Origin: Leptogorgia sarmentosa
Taxonomy: Eukaryota
Direction of reading: 5' to 3'
DNA length: 64,000 nt
Assembly (NCBI GenBank): GCA_964658305.1
Contig: OZ210886.1
Location: 248,001 to 312,000, forward strand
The translations under genes were made by a program, and so were the position numbers. The notes below the pieces were generated by a model. It saw only the letters and a program-made list of their open reading frames with translations. It was not told where the DNA came from and made no database searches. Positions 40,983 to 64,000 of the stretch are shown here, piece after piece; the first letter of the stretch is position 1, and the number at the start of each line of letters is the position of its first letter.

Positions 40983-41735
40983 ATGAGTTGGAGTTTCTTT
41001 AACAAAAAGAAACTTGTACCAAAGTCAAGTGGCGACCGAGAGTTTGAGAGGGAAATTGCAAAATGCAACGAACTCGAGACAAACACGAAGAAACTTTACA
41101 AAGGTATGAAGCGTTGCAATGAGGCTTTTGAAGAACTTTCGAAAATAGAGACAAAATTATGTCAAGATATTTCTACTATGCCTTTGGGTGGTGAAGGAAA
41201 TGGACTGAATTACGCCGAGGAATTAACGAAAACTTTGAAAAGTCTTGAATCACATCGAATTGAATTGGCAACAAACGTAGTTAAAACAACTATTGAACCT
41301 ATGAAAAAATTTTATGGCATATTTCCGGGCGTTAGCAGTGGTGTAAAGAAAAGAGAGCAATGTTTCCAGGAATTTACGAGACTGAAAGGCAAAGTGGACA
41401 AATATAAAGAGAAGGAAAAAACTGCCCAGAATTTGAGTAAACTAGAACAATATGAAAAGGAATTTGAGACAGCTAGGGATGATTATGACGCTCAAAATTT
41501 TTTGATGTTAGAAGCGCTGCCTCAGTTGTGGGAAGGTAGGGTTACATATTTTGAACCATGTTTTTCAGCATTGCAAAAGTCGCAAGTTGATTATTATAGC
41601 AAGTGTTGTCAAGCATATGGTGATCTTGTCCGGAAGCTTGATGGTGGTAATGATGCTGACGAGGAAGGTGTTCATCAAGATGTGCAAGACATGCTCACAG
41701 ATATACGATCATTGTCAATTGTTGGGAATGTATGA
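40983..41735 (+). CDS. BIN3: Bridging integrator 3 (BAR-domain protein), intronless CDS, 250 aa
   Basis: MSW start, DREFERE, TTIEPMKKFYGIFP, VKKREQ, KYKEKEKT, RVTYFEPCF and the SLSIV C-terminus correspond in order and length to BIN3 as recalled. Confidence 0.92.
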   Translation: MSWSFFNKKKLVPKSSGDREFEREIAKCNELETNTKKLYKGMKRCNEAFEELSKIETKLCQDISTMPLGGEGNGLNYAEELTKTLKSLESHRIELATNVVKTTIEPMKKFYGIFPGVSSGVKKREQCFQEFTRLKGKVDKYKEKEKTAQNLSKLEQYEKEFETARDDYDAQNFLMLEALPQLWEGRVTYFEPCFSALQKSQVDYYSKCCQAYGDLVRKLDGGNDADEEGVHQDVQDMLTDIRSLSIVGNV

Positions 41736-43491
41736 GGGGACTCTTCACTTTGGAGAAAGGCAATACTGAGTTGACAATTTATGAAAAAGAGGGGAATTCA
41801 ATGTCACAATAATACCTAATGAGAATGGTGTTTCTCATTATTCCAAATTTGTGACTTTTAGCAAATTAGAATATGGTATTGAAACTTGCACTTTAATAAT
41901 TGAAATAATTATGATAATGAAAAATATAACCATGAACTTCAAGTCTCACATCTTTTTTTCTCTCATGTGTTACATTCCTCCTAGCATAAAAAACATTCAA
42001 AATTTCAGGTCCTGCATTTGAAAATAACAGATCAGGTTGTCAAAATAAGATAACAGGCACATTTATAGGTCAGGTAATGCTAGATATGATTACCAGGGAC
42101 TTTTTTGAAAGTTGATGGAATATACAGTATTAAGGGCAAATTTGTTTAGCCTGCTCGCACAATGAATTGCCAATTGCATACTTTATTCTCAGACTATTTT
42201 CACCCACTTGACTAATTGGTTATCTAAACAAATCTTTGAAATTTATGTGTACTTGAATGCTCTGCAACAATAGTATAAATTATAAACTGTAAGAATATAC
42301 CGTGAGTATAATTAAGTCAAAAGCTTCATTTAAGAAATAAGATCAAATAAATGTGGCAGACATTTTGCGGCAGTTCAGATATACCGCTTGTTGTTTATCA
42401 AGCACTTAGATCGTCTCACTGGCTGCATATCAGTCACCACCATGCTTTTAATTAATTTCAAAAGTGACAGTATATCTACTGTTCTCCGCCTTTCACAGAC
42501 ACACCCGAGGTTGCCTTTGAAACTAATTTGATAAACACTGGATATCGGAAAAAGTTCTTTTTAGTCTGAAGCGAAAACCAAAAGCTGGATTAACCGATTG
42601 TCGTTTTCAGATTTTTAACCTTTATATACCACACACTGTAGAACTGACCCATTATACATCTTGCATTGTATGACGTTTACCAGTCAAATATTTCGAATTA
42701 AACCACAACAGATTTTTCTCATAACAACGTAATATTGAATATCAAATATTGAAATACATAAATGTTTCAAAGATTCCAATCAACTCAAAAAAGTGTAATT
42801 CTTTTGTCGTAGTTAACCGTTTTTCATGGCCAGAAATCATGGACATTCTTTTACAACTATAGACCGAGACAAGTTTTGCAATAGTATATACGCTCAAGTT
42901 ACTGGGAATACGGTGCATGTGTTTCTAAATAACTAACACAAAAAAAGCGTTGCTAATTCTGTATTTGTTTCCCATGTCCATGTAGCTAGATAGCGATAAA
43001 AACCGATGCAGATGAGACGCGATTTGGTAACACAACACGATTTTTCAATTTTTAGCAGCAAAGCACTGCTCCTGGTGCAACATCTGATATTTCCTAAAAA
43101 AATCGCGTTGCTTTACCGAATAGAGTCCAGTCTGTGGTCCTTGAAAGACACAACCATGTGATATTTTTATATATTTATTACTATATTTTTAACAATACTA
43201 TAATTAAACATGATAATATGTACAATGTCAGTGTTTAATGAAAATTTCGACATTCATAGTTACAAGACTTTTAAAAAAATTTTACGCAATCCGACTTCAT
43301 CTTGGATGGCAAGGTCTCGCTATTTTAATTTTTCGGCCATTTCTTTCAATAAATTTATTCATTCAACATGCCAACCATGCGGAATGATACGGACTGGTCT
43401 GCATGCGTAGTTGCTTTATTCACATCATCAGTCAACCATCACATTCGTTGTTTTCAGAAGGAAATTCAAATTGTACTTGAAGTGTTTTTCA

Positions 43492-46400
43492 CTAGTGTAT
43501 GAGGTTAAGGAGGAGTGCCACACAGGTTAACAGAACGGAAAATGAACAGTATGCCATACTGCCAGAATTTCTACCGTCAAATGGATTGAATTCGGTAAAA
43601 GTTGATTTTTCTACAAACAAATGAAAAAAAGAGTAAGTTATTGTTTAGTAAAATTATCCAGAAATTATTATGACGAAATACTTTAGTGATTCAAGGTATC
43701 TCGTTTGGGGAGCCTGGGAAAGAGCGCTTTCATTTCTAGCACCTATGTAGTTTATTCTAACTATAGTGTTCATCCAAAGTTGAGCTGTCTGGGTATAGGT
43801 GTTTTGGGCTACGGAGGGTGCGAGATTTAAGGCATCAGGTAACAGAACATTTTGCAGAAATAACAATGTGTTACGGGTATACTACTATCACTGGGAAATT
43901 TGGGTTTAGCTGGGTTTATCCCTGGTGGGAATTTCTGTAAGTTAATTACCTTCACTTTTTTCAGTTGCTGTTCCCGTTGTTTTTTCATCGACAACATTTT
44001 CAGAATCAGTAGGTCTGGTGTGAGCAAGGTTCTTAGTAGTTGTTGTATCTTCTGCTATACAAGTGATTAAAATGATCTTGGTTTGTCTATGATAGTTAAC
44101 AGTCTGCGCAGCGTGGATATGTTAATGTTTCTGGTGGGTTTTATTACTTTGCGTGTGACAATTAAAATGAGATCATTCAAATGACATAATTCATTCATTT
44201 TATTTGCTGCAAATTGATTATTTTCTTTCAAATGATATTTTGGTTCCAAGATTATCGATCGAGCACAGATAACATTATTATCAGTATTAAATTTCTTACT
44301 CTTGAAAAGCTTCAGGGGCCTTCGACATACATATGACGAAAATACAATAATTCCAATCGTAATGTGGTACAAACCTTGAGTAGTAGGTAGTGTTGTAGGA
44401 AGTTCTATCTTCGGCATTTCACAGGCGTACACATCGACTCGCATACAAATCAAGAGGTTCCAGGTTAGTGGGTTGAAACGAATATATCTTGCTTCCAGTA
44501 AATGGTTTAATTTATGACGAACAATGTTATCCTTTTTGCTTTTATCTACATTGCCCATGAAAATCTGTAAACCAGATAAATAGGATGAAGGGTCAGAAAA
44601 GGAAGGTTATTTGGCAGAAACTGAACCTCATTTGTCGTTATTAATCCAAGAAACAGGAATGAATACAAACCTTCGATTTCATAGTACTGTTATCTTTGTA
44701 TGGAAACCATTGCTTTCCATTGATACTGTACATAACTTGGTAAGATGTAACAGATCCATACACGTAACCTTGGGATGCTAATCCGGTCACATTTCGAACT
44801 GTTTGTAGATCAACCTACACAGAAAAGGAGCAAATAATACATTGCATCTTTGAAGTTTTCAAGTAAACAGATGTGCGGAAATACACAAACTAAAAAACTG
44901 GGTTAAATTTTAACCGAGGATTAGCCTTAACCTGGCTTTGAACAACCGGACACTGGGTTCATAAGCTGCTACCTCGCATTGCATATTACAGCGGGAGCGG
45001 AGATACGACTCTTGGTACGAGGTTGAGTACATCAAAACATTTTTGTTTATTTTCCTCTACCAACCTGTATGTACTGATTTGTATTGATATCTTCTGAACA
45101 CCATGCTCCCCATATTCTTTTTGTTTCGTTAATTTTTCTTATTCTGTTGTTCAATCGACCAAGATAGGCGTAATGACCAGTTTTGTAAGATGATGCACGG
45201 AATGATTGATTTGGTAAATCACCACTTTCTATGCCCACTGATGAATTACATGGTACATCTACGTTAATAAAAATGCATTGGATTGTCAGAAATTTAGTAG
45301 TAACTTCTTTTTTCGTTAGCTTGCTTGTGACCTAGTTGATGTATAGTAGTATTGAGTATAGTTTCCTGTTCAGTTTGTTTCGTAGCTAGTTATTTTTCTT
45401 TCTACTGTTTATATTTTATTTTTCCACATGTTCTTTTGGAATTTTCCCAGAGCCAATGGTTGCTGAGGTCAATGGGTGTGGTCGACCCTTCCAATGTTTA
45501 TTATTTTCTAGATATGCTTCACAAACAATTTTCACTTCCAAAGACTACCAAATACTATATATATATATATATTTCGTGAACCCTGCTTCAACGATCATGT
45601 CTTGCTAGTGAAAGGTCGAATGCTATCACAATAAAAACGCACACAATGAACTAGAATCATAAAACATCGAAACCCTTCTGGATGTTCATTGATGGAAAAT
45701 GCTGACCAAACCAAACATCTGGAACTCATCACTAAACTTCGAAAACAAAGTTAAGTTGGAGATAGAAAATTTTTTCCTTCAACACGGATTATATATGCAT
45801 CAATACTTTGCTGCATGATACTGAGAAACAAATATGTAAAGCTCATTTCAGATCTGATCCGCTATCTTTGAAATTCCAGCCACACTTGTCGTCACGTATC
45901 ATATGTAGGACCACAACAAAGAGACTGATTTGAAAAAAATACGACAAATCAATCTTTATCTCTCGTATAATAGTCTGATGGTCAAGTATAGGCGAAGTGA
46001 CATAGCATGCAGGAAAGTTTCAGGCTTAGTAATGTTGCCTTTTTTTGTTCATTTTCAAAGTTATTTGTCACTTCATGGGGAAAGTTCAACCAGTTCAATA
46101 AATGAGTGAAGTTAACCCTCTTTATAAGATCATTACCTGTAACGACCAACTTGCTTTAGCCCGTTGGTAATGTGCTAAAATTTGAACCTTTATGTCATGC
46201 AATTTTATTATGCTAAATTTTCAATCAATGAAACTCATTTTGAGTTGATGGTTATATATGGGGTTATATATTTGAAGCACAAAATAAATGAAAAGTGAAG
46301 ATTATTTTTTTTTGGTATTTACATAAAGCTTCATATACTACACTGTATTATTTTTACATCATATACGTGCACTTGTGGTGAAGCAAACAGAACTGATCAA

Positions 46401-48296
46401 GATTTAATTCTGTGTATAGATGGAACTTTCGTCAAATATAAAATTACTTTGTACAAACTGCTTGTTTCAAAAGTGTGTTAGGAAACTTTATCTTTATCAT
46501 AAGACTTTTTATACATAATATACCTATACCTGTTACGAGGATATATAGTCAATGAAGGCGTTAATATTCTTTATAAAACACCTGGCCATTGTTATATCAA
46601 ATATATAACCTAAGGTAATTAACGATGATATAACAGGCAAAGTGCTTTTTCGAGTTTAACAGATCACATTTTGGAACTTTTCCAGTGATTACATTTGTCA
46701 CATACTGTATTGAGACTGTATAGCAAATATATTTTGTGATTGATAGTGTATTGTATGATATATATATTTTTATATGTTGTGTTAAAAACACCTATCCATA
46801 TACCACATGGTCGTTCAATTTCCGGCTTATTTTTTCTTTGTACAAACTTATGCGAAATGTTTTCCTGGTTGTTTATAGAATCACGAGATTAGTATAAAAA
46901 TTAGCATAATGCGCGTAGTTTTTCAGTGAGAACACCGACGTTCAATCATATAAACATTAACCCATATAGATCAGGCAGGACTGAGAAAATTCAGTACATT
47001 TGTTGGCTAAATATGAGGTTGTCACAACATTGCCTGCCGCTTAATTATAACCGAACAGCTTGTACAGCATTTCGTGACGGTTTAAATGAACTATGATAAT
47101 TCTCTGAGGGTATATTCATGTCTAAAAAAATGAGCAAATTCCATTGGTTTCTATTTACTCTCTGAGAATGTTGAGATATACGAGATTGAACTATTGGTTA
47201 CAGACAAAAGGGGAACAAACGTTTTGCCAAATACATACAGCTAATCAAAGCTTTCTTTTTTGTTTTATACGTTAAATAATGGAACGATTTATCAAATCTA
47301 AAGAAGCAGTTTCCACTCGCTCTTTACCTATTCCTTTTGGCCAGTTTTAGTTGCGTCACCAACGTAGTACAAGCTGTTGACTCACGCTATTTCATCCAGC
47401 ATGGCCACGCAGTTTAACTTTTCGTTTTGAAAAACTTGTAGGCTCATCAAAAAAGAAATATATCTAACCAACCCTTGTTTTAGTTAACAAAGTACGTCGA
47501 AAAGCGACATTCACTAAAGTCATTCCTGTCAAAAACGAGCAAATAACGTCTCGTTTTCGTGACCAGCTTGTACAATGTGCCGCCATTAACCTTTCATGAT
47601 TCGATGTTTGTTGTAAGGTGAGATGATAGGATTTAAGGTGTTAGACGAATTAAGAGATCAATAAACTAACGCAAAATACCCTTGTACAATTAAATAGCTG
47701 TTTTCCTTCCTAAATCACTTGAACAAGACTGTTCGCCTTTCTATTTTACTCATTTCAAGTTAATTCCTTCCGCCGTTCCAGAGACGAAACCCGAAATAAG
47801 TTTGTTCCTCTCGTGCGTCAAAATGCTAAATTGTTAATAGACCAAACGTGTAGAGAATAACACCTACTTAAACCAACATCTAACCTCTTTGCTAACAAAA
47901 GTACAACAATTTGTGCAAAGTATCCAAATGGTTAGTGCTTCTTGAAATATGGCCGTTTGCGTCGATGGCGGCGCGAGATTAAAGTATCGAATATGGTTAA
48001 GCTGCGACTAAGATCAACACCAAAAGCGTTAAATGTCTTAAGGAAAATTGAGATTGGTATTTTGTACAAAACTTGGTTGGTCTTTCCGATTCTTAACAAT
48101 AGAGGTATTCAAAACGGGTCCGTCGTTATTGGAAAACATGAAACTGTTACTAAAAGTTTAGAGGTCTTAGATTTGACACCAGAGGTGACGTCCGTACATG
48201 AATCTATAATATTATATGAGTTTTTACTGACTTACCAGCCGTGGCACAGCACATAAACGCCAAAGATATGAAAAATTTAAGCGTGTTTGAATTCAT
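43492..48296 (-). CDS. Predicted GPI-anchored F5/8 type C (discoidin) domain protein, ~270 aa; exons 48296-48236, 45258-45065, 44814-44671, 44564-44375, 44054-43950, 43610-43492
   Basis: Signal-peptide exon MNSNTLKFFISLAFMCCATA|GTAAGT. F5/8C domain CNSSVGIESG...GRLN...GAWC...QYIQVDL...ASQG...ARYIRFNPLTWNLLICMRVDVYAC. Thr-rich stalk, then RNSGSMAYCSFSVLLTCVALLLNLIH*. Phases are consistent; first and last exon assignments are less certain than the domain exons. Confidence 0.8.
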
Positions 48297-50577
48297 CTCG
48301 TTTTTTCGTATTCCCAACTTCTTGAGCGCAGTTTGTTGTAAAAGCATCGAAGTCTCGAAACGCACATCCTCCTGCCCGGGTGCCGTGGTGTTTATAGACA
48401 ATCCAAAGGGCCATAAATCACTAGTGAACAGGCACAGGAATATCGCGAACGTACATTGGTGGAGAGACATCGATTTGAACAGAATGATTAATGACCATCC
48501 ACGCCTGCTTCGTCTTCGTGTTACACATCTTGAGATTCTGCGCATTCTTTTTACCTGGCAAGCGGTCTGCGACCATCAATCTTGCGATAAGGCAATGACA
48601 AGTGCTCGTCAAATGTTTATTAAATCAAGCTTGCGGCAAAGCGGTGTGCATTTCACTCGGAGACCACGCAAACATGGCGTATTGCGCTGCTTATGAAACT
48701 AATTGTCAAAATACCCTACAATTGCTCCTAATCCATCCCTGTTTGAGAAGCTCTACAATTAGGAAGGCTAAAAACACTAAATGCCTCCTCATTATCACCA
48801 TTTCTTAGTCCGAATAATTCCTTTAATTCTTCTAATGCTACTAATCTGGTTAACCAGTACATCCTGCAATCCATCATAATGGAGAGCGCGCTTCCGTTCC
48901 GAAAAACAAACTCCCTCATGCTAATAACAATTTGTCTTTGAAAACTGTCAGGAGTTTGGCAATGAATAATAAACTATTCGCAAAAGTTTCCTTTTCTTCA
49001 AACTAATTTTTACCGTTGTAAGACGCGTGAAAGAGAGAATACTTGTTTAAAGTTCATTTGCATTTACTGCGTTTTATTTTGTTCTTTTTTATTGATTTTG
49101 CGTGAGCGATTCAAACGCACGAAAAAGGTGTGCCTTTCAATGGAAAAGCACATGTTGGCTTCCATTGGCTGGACAGAAATCCTCCTTTCCAGTCTTTTTG
49201 TGAAATAGTCACTTTGTCCCCATTTTGCTAACAATTAATATAAGTAAAAAATGAAACTGTTCAGGATTAAAATTCAAAACTTGGGACCTATATGGATGAC
49301 ATTCATCGTACACTAAATTTAGTGTGGCATTTTTTGCTTTTATTTTAACTGAAAGAGACACTTCAATCTATCTTCATTTTTAATTTTGCCGAGGTCCAGG
49401 GGCAAACTGATTTTGTGCTTCCAGGGCAAACTGATTTTCTAGCTTCAATTTTTTAGAGAATTTTCATAAATGTGCATGCATATCAAATGTACCTATAAAT
49501 GTACACTGATAGCATAAATGTACATATCAGTCGAAACATCAAAGGCTGTGATTCCGGGCCTGTGAGTGTCTGAACAACCATTTTTTTGGGGTAAATGCTT
49601 TGGAGAACGCAATGTGATATGTAATGTTCTACAGCCTTTCTACGTTAATGAAAAATGACTAATGATTTCGTGCAGGAAACTGGACTAATGAGCGAATTAT
49701 CGTGACGTCATTGATGGTTAGCGTGAGTCATTTTTGTCTCGACAAGTCACAGTAGTTTGATAAATTATTCTATTTTCCGCGGAAGGGTGATGCTAAGGCA
49801 TGGTGAGATGTTTCACATAGTCATCCAATTCATTTAACTAATTGTTAAAGTCATATTCTCACTAGACGTCACTGAATCACTGTTTTAGTCTACCAACAGA
49901 ACAGATGTACACTCGTTAGCTTATTACTATTAGACACCAGTCGTGCATGGTATTTACTGATTTGGTTTAATTTTATACAAAATCATTCTTCCATTTGCCT
50001 GTAAAATGAGAAAAAATGATTTTATTACACAGAATTCATGAGAGGATCATGAGTAGTACAGTTTTCCGTTCACCAATCCCTCTTGATGTTATATTAAAAT
50101 TGGAATAACCGGCGCATGGACCGTTTTTAATATGACGTAAAGAACATTTCTTTTTCACTGTTCTATGAATGAGAAAGAAATGTCCGTTTTCACAAGAAAA
50201 GTGGACATCGACAATTCATTCTATATTCAAACTGATTTTGAAAAAGGGCCAAGCCAGCTGTGGTTAGAAAAACTAAATCATCCGCGGTTTTCCCAATTTA
50301 TGGGAATGTGTTTTCCAATAAAAGTTTTGTGTACTTGTAATGTCCACTTATTGTTACGGTTTTGCCTGAATGCACCATATTTCTCCAGATTTATTACTGC
50401 ATGATTTACTCAAGATTTCAAATTCCCTACCCCTCTTAGCCCAACCGAGATTTAATAACTTGCCACTGCCACTAAGAACGTTTCCATTGAATTTAAGAGG
50501 TAACTCAAGATTTTAATTCTTTAATTGTTGCCTTTTTACAAGTCTACACCAACTTTTTGTTTAGATACATGTAATAA

Positions 50578-51285
50578 CTAAAGATACATTGATTTAACTT
50601 CCTTGGTGACAATTTCCTTAAGATCAGAATAAACCAACTCCCTGCTTGTAAGGATATTAAACTTAACTCCTGTTAGGTCTTCTGCTAGAGTTTGCAATAC
50701 TTGAATAGTTCCCAATTCCTCTCTGCTTGCAATGCCTTCCTTTGCTTTCCTTCCATCCACCACAAAACATGATGTGGGAATTTTTACCACATGAATAAAT
50801 TGTATTAACCTGTTAAAAATGTCATCTGATGTTTTTATTTCTTCTGGTGGGTCAGGAAATCCTTTGATCTTTTCTTGAAACATGGACATCTCATATATGA
50901 CATCAGTTGCTGTATCGCCCATGGGAATGGCTGCTAGGATATGTAAGCTTTCAACATGACTTTCTGCCAATAAATCCATTATCCAGTTTATTAATTGGCT
51001 GGTGGTATCTGAGGATGGTTGGCAGTTCAAAATGAGTAAGGAAACATTCTTCGATGGAATGTTTATAATCTGCAAGGGACTAAATGCATTGTCAAATTCA
51101 GTTTCCCCCTTGCAACTGACAAAGCCAAGATCCAGGAAACTTGTACCATCACAATTTGGTATTTGTGGATTCAATTTCTCTGCATCTGTATGGTAGTGTA
51201 AGTCAATACCAAGGAGAGCTCGGCAACCTGCTGCAGCAACATCACTGAACCCAAGAAGTACAAATTGTTGTAGTTTTACATTCAT
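50578..51285 (-). CDS. Uncharacterised PAC1/PAC2 (proteasome assembly chaperone)-like protein with C-terminal HbYX motif, 235 aa
   Basis: Clean ORF with an alpha/beta pattern: FVLLGFSDVAAAG, LINWIMDLLAESHVESLHILAA, LIQFIHVVKIPTSCFVV, ending SMYL*. Probable upstream intron (donor ~51410, acceptor ~51287-51291). Fold assignment is by eye. Confidence 0.65.
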   Translation of the reverse strand: MNVKLQQFVLLGFSDVAAAGCRALLGIDLHYHTDAEKLNPQIPNCDGTSFLDLGFVSCKGETEFDNAFSPLQIINIPSKNVSLLILNCQPSSDTTSQLINWIMDLLAESHVESLHILAAIPMGDTATDVIYEMSMFQEKIKGFPDPPEEIKTSDDIFNRLIQFIHVVKIPTSCFVVDGRKAKEGIASREELGTIQVLQTLAEDLTGVKFNILTSRELVYSDLKEIVTKEVKSMYL

Positions 51286-51654
51286 CCTACCTATATGTAT
51301 TGAAAGTATTGGCACTTCGAAAAGGTTGGGATACGGTTGTATTTTGTTACACGTAAAATTGAAATGAATAATTAAATTAGCCTGCAAGCAGGCTAATAGC
51401 ATTATCCTACCTTGTCATTTTAACCTATTATACGTCAGGGAACGTGCTATTAGTTCAGCTAGTATTATCGCAAATAAACTTGTAAATGTAACAAATTAAA
51501 AAAACACTCAATTTTCTGCAGTGCAACTTATTGCCCTATTGGTAAAAGCACAGCATCGCGTGTCTTTGGTGCAGACCACAGACCAGACCGTAACCCCCCC
51601 TGCCCTTGATAAATAATGTAGTAGAGTAGCTATCATGTGTTTTTGTAGTACAGT

Positions 51655-63671
<12,017 letters not shown>

Positions 63672-64000
63672 GTGAGTTGTATCACCTTATTATGTAGATA
63701 CTGTTTCTAATAACACTCGTTAGTACAATTATCAAATCACTTGCAACGTATAGTGCATGGGGTTATAAAATATCCGTTTCACTGTCATTGCTGACACTTT
63801 TTCGTCCTAGAAGAATTCGTCCACTCAGTCCTCTCGCATTGGAGAGCATTGTTCATTATTACATGATTAGTACGGGGAGAACAGTTTTTGTTCCAATCTC
63901 TCATCTCAGAGTTATTGCTCAGTTGTAAGGTCTGTTCTTCTCTTTAACTGTGTCACAAAGAACAGCGCATTTCTCTGTTTCCCAGTTCGTAAACTGAGAA

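Noticed and set aside
44898..45024. Short GC-richer segments in a discoidin intron (similar GAGGTTG end near 28032-28047)
   Set aside because: Look like fragments of dispersed repeats, but boundaries and TSDs could not be established.
45575..45655. Hydrophobic minus-strand segment FIVCVFIVIAFDLSLA as the discoidin signal exon
   Set aside because: No in-frame ATG or good donor. The exon at 48296-48236 has an ATG, a GTAAGT donor and the correct phase.
47942..48808. Plus-strand ORFs of 104, 151 and 68 aa
   Set aside because: No recognisable domain. They overlap the first exon and 5' region of the minus-strand discoidin gene.

Overview
AT-rich, intron-containing animal genomic DNA. It is probably a marine invertebrate; a cnidarian is plausible from repeat and gene style, but that is unverified. 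The first ~18 kb has no recognisable gene, only non-autonomous transposons and a ~1.8 kb tandem duplication. Genes in order: an intronless group-A bHLH gene (+); a two-exon PTF1A with intact HSLSW and [12 protein letters not shown]-binding motifs (-); DNAJC1 (11 exons, +); an intronless BIN3 (+); a six-exon predicted GPI-anchored F5/8C (discoidin) protein (-); an uncharacterised PAC1/PAC2-like protein ending in an HbYX motif (-); and, head-to-head with it, a long-form ZAK/MAP3K20 kinase (at least 22 exons, +, probably running off the window). The most striking feature is three antisense genes nested in ZAK introns: a tail-anchored permuted papain-fold enzyme, a secreted peptide with a big-defensin/beta-defensin-like six-cysteine domain, and a divergent class A GPCR. 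Exon structures were built by hand from GT-AG sites and phase consistency. Family calls rest on recalled motifs, not database searches.
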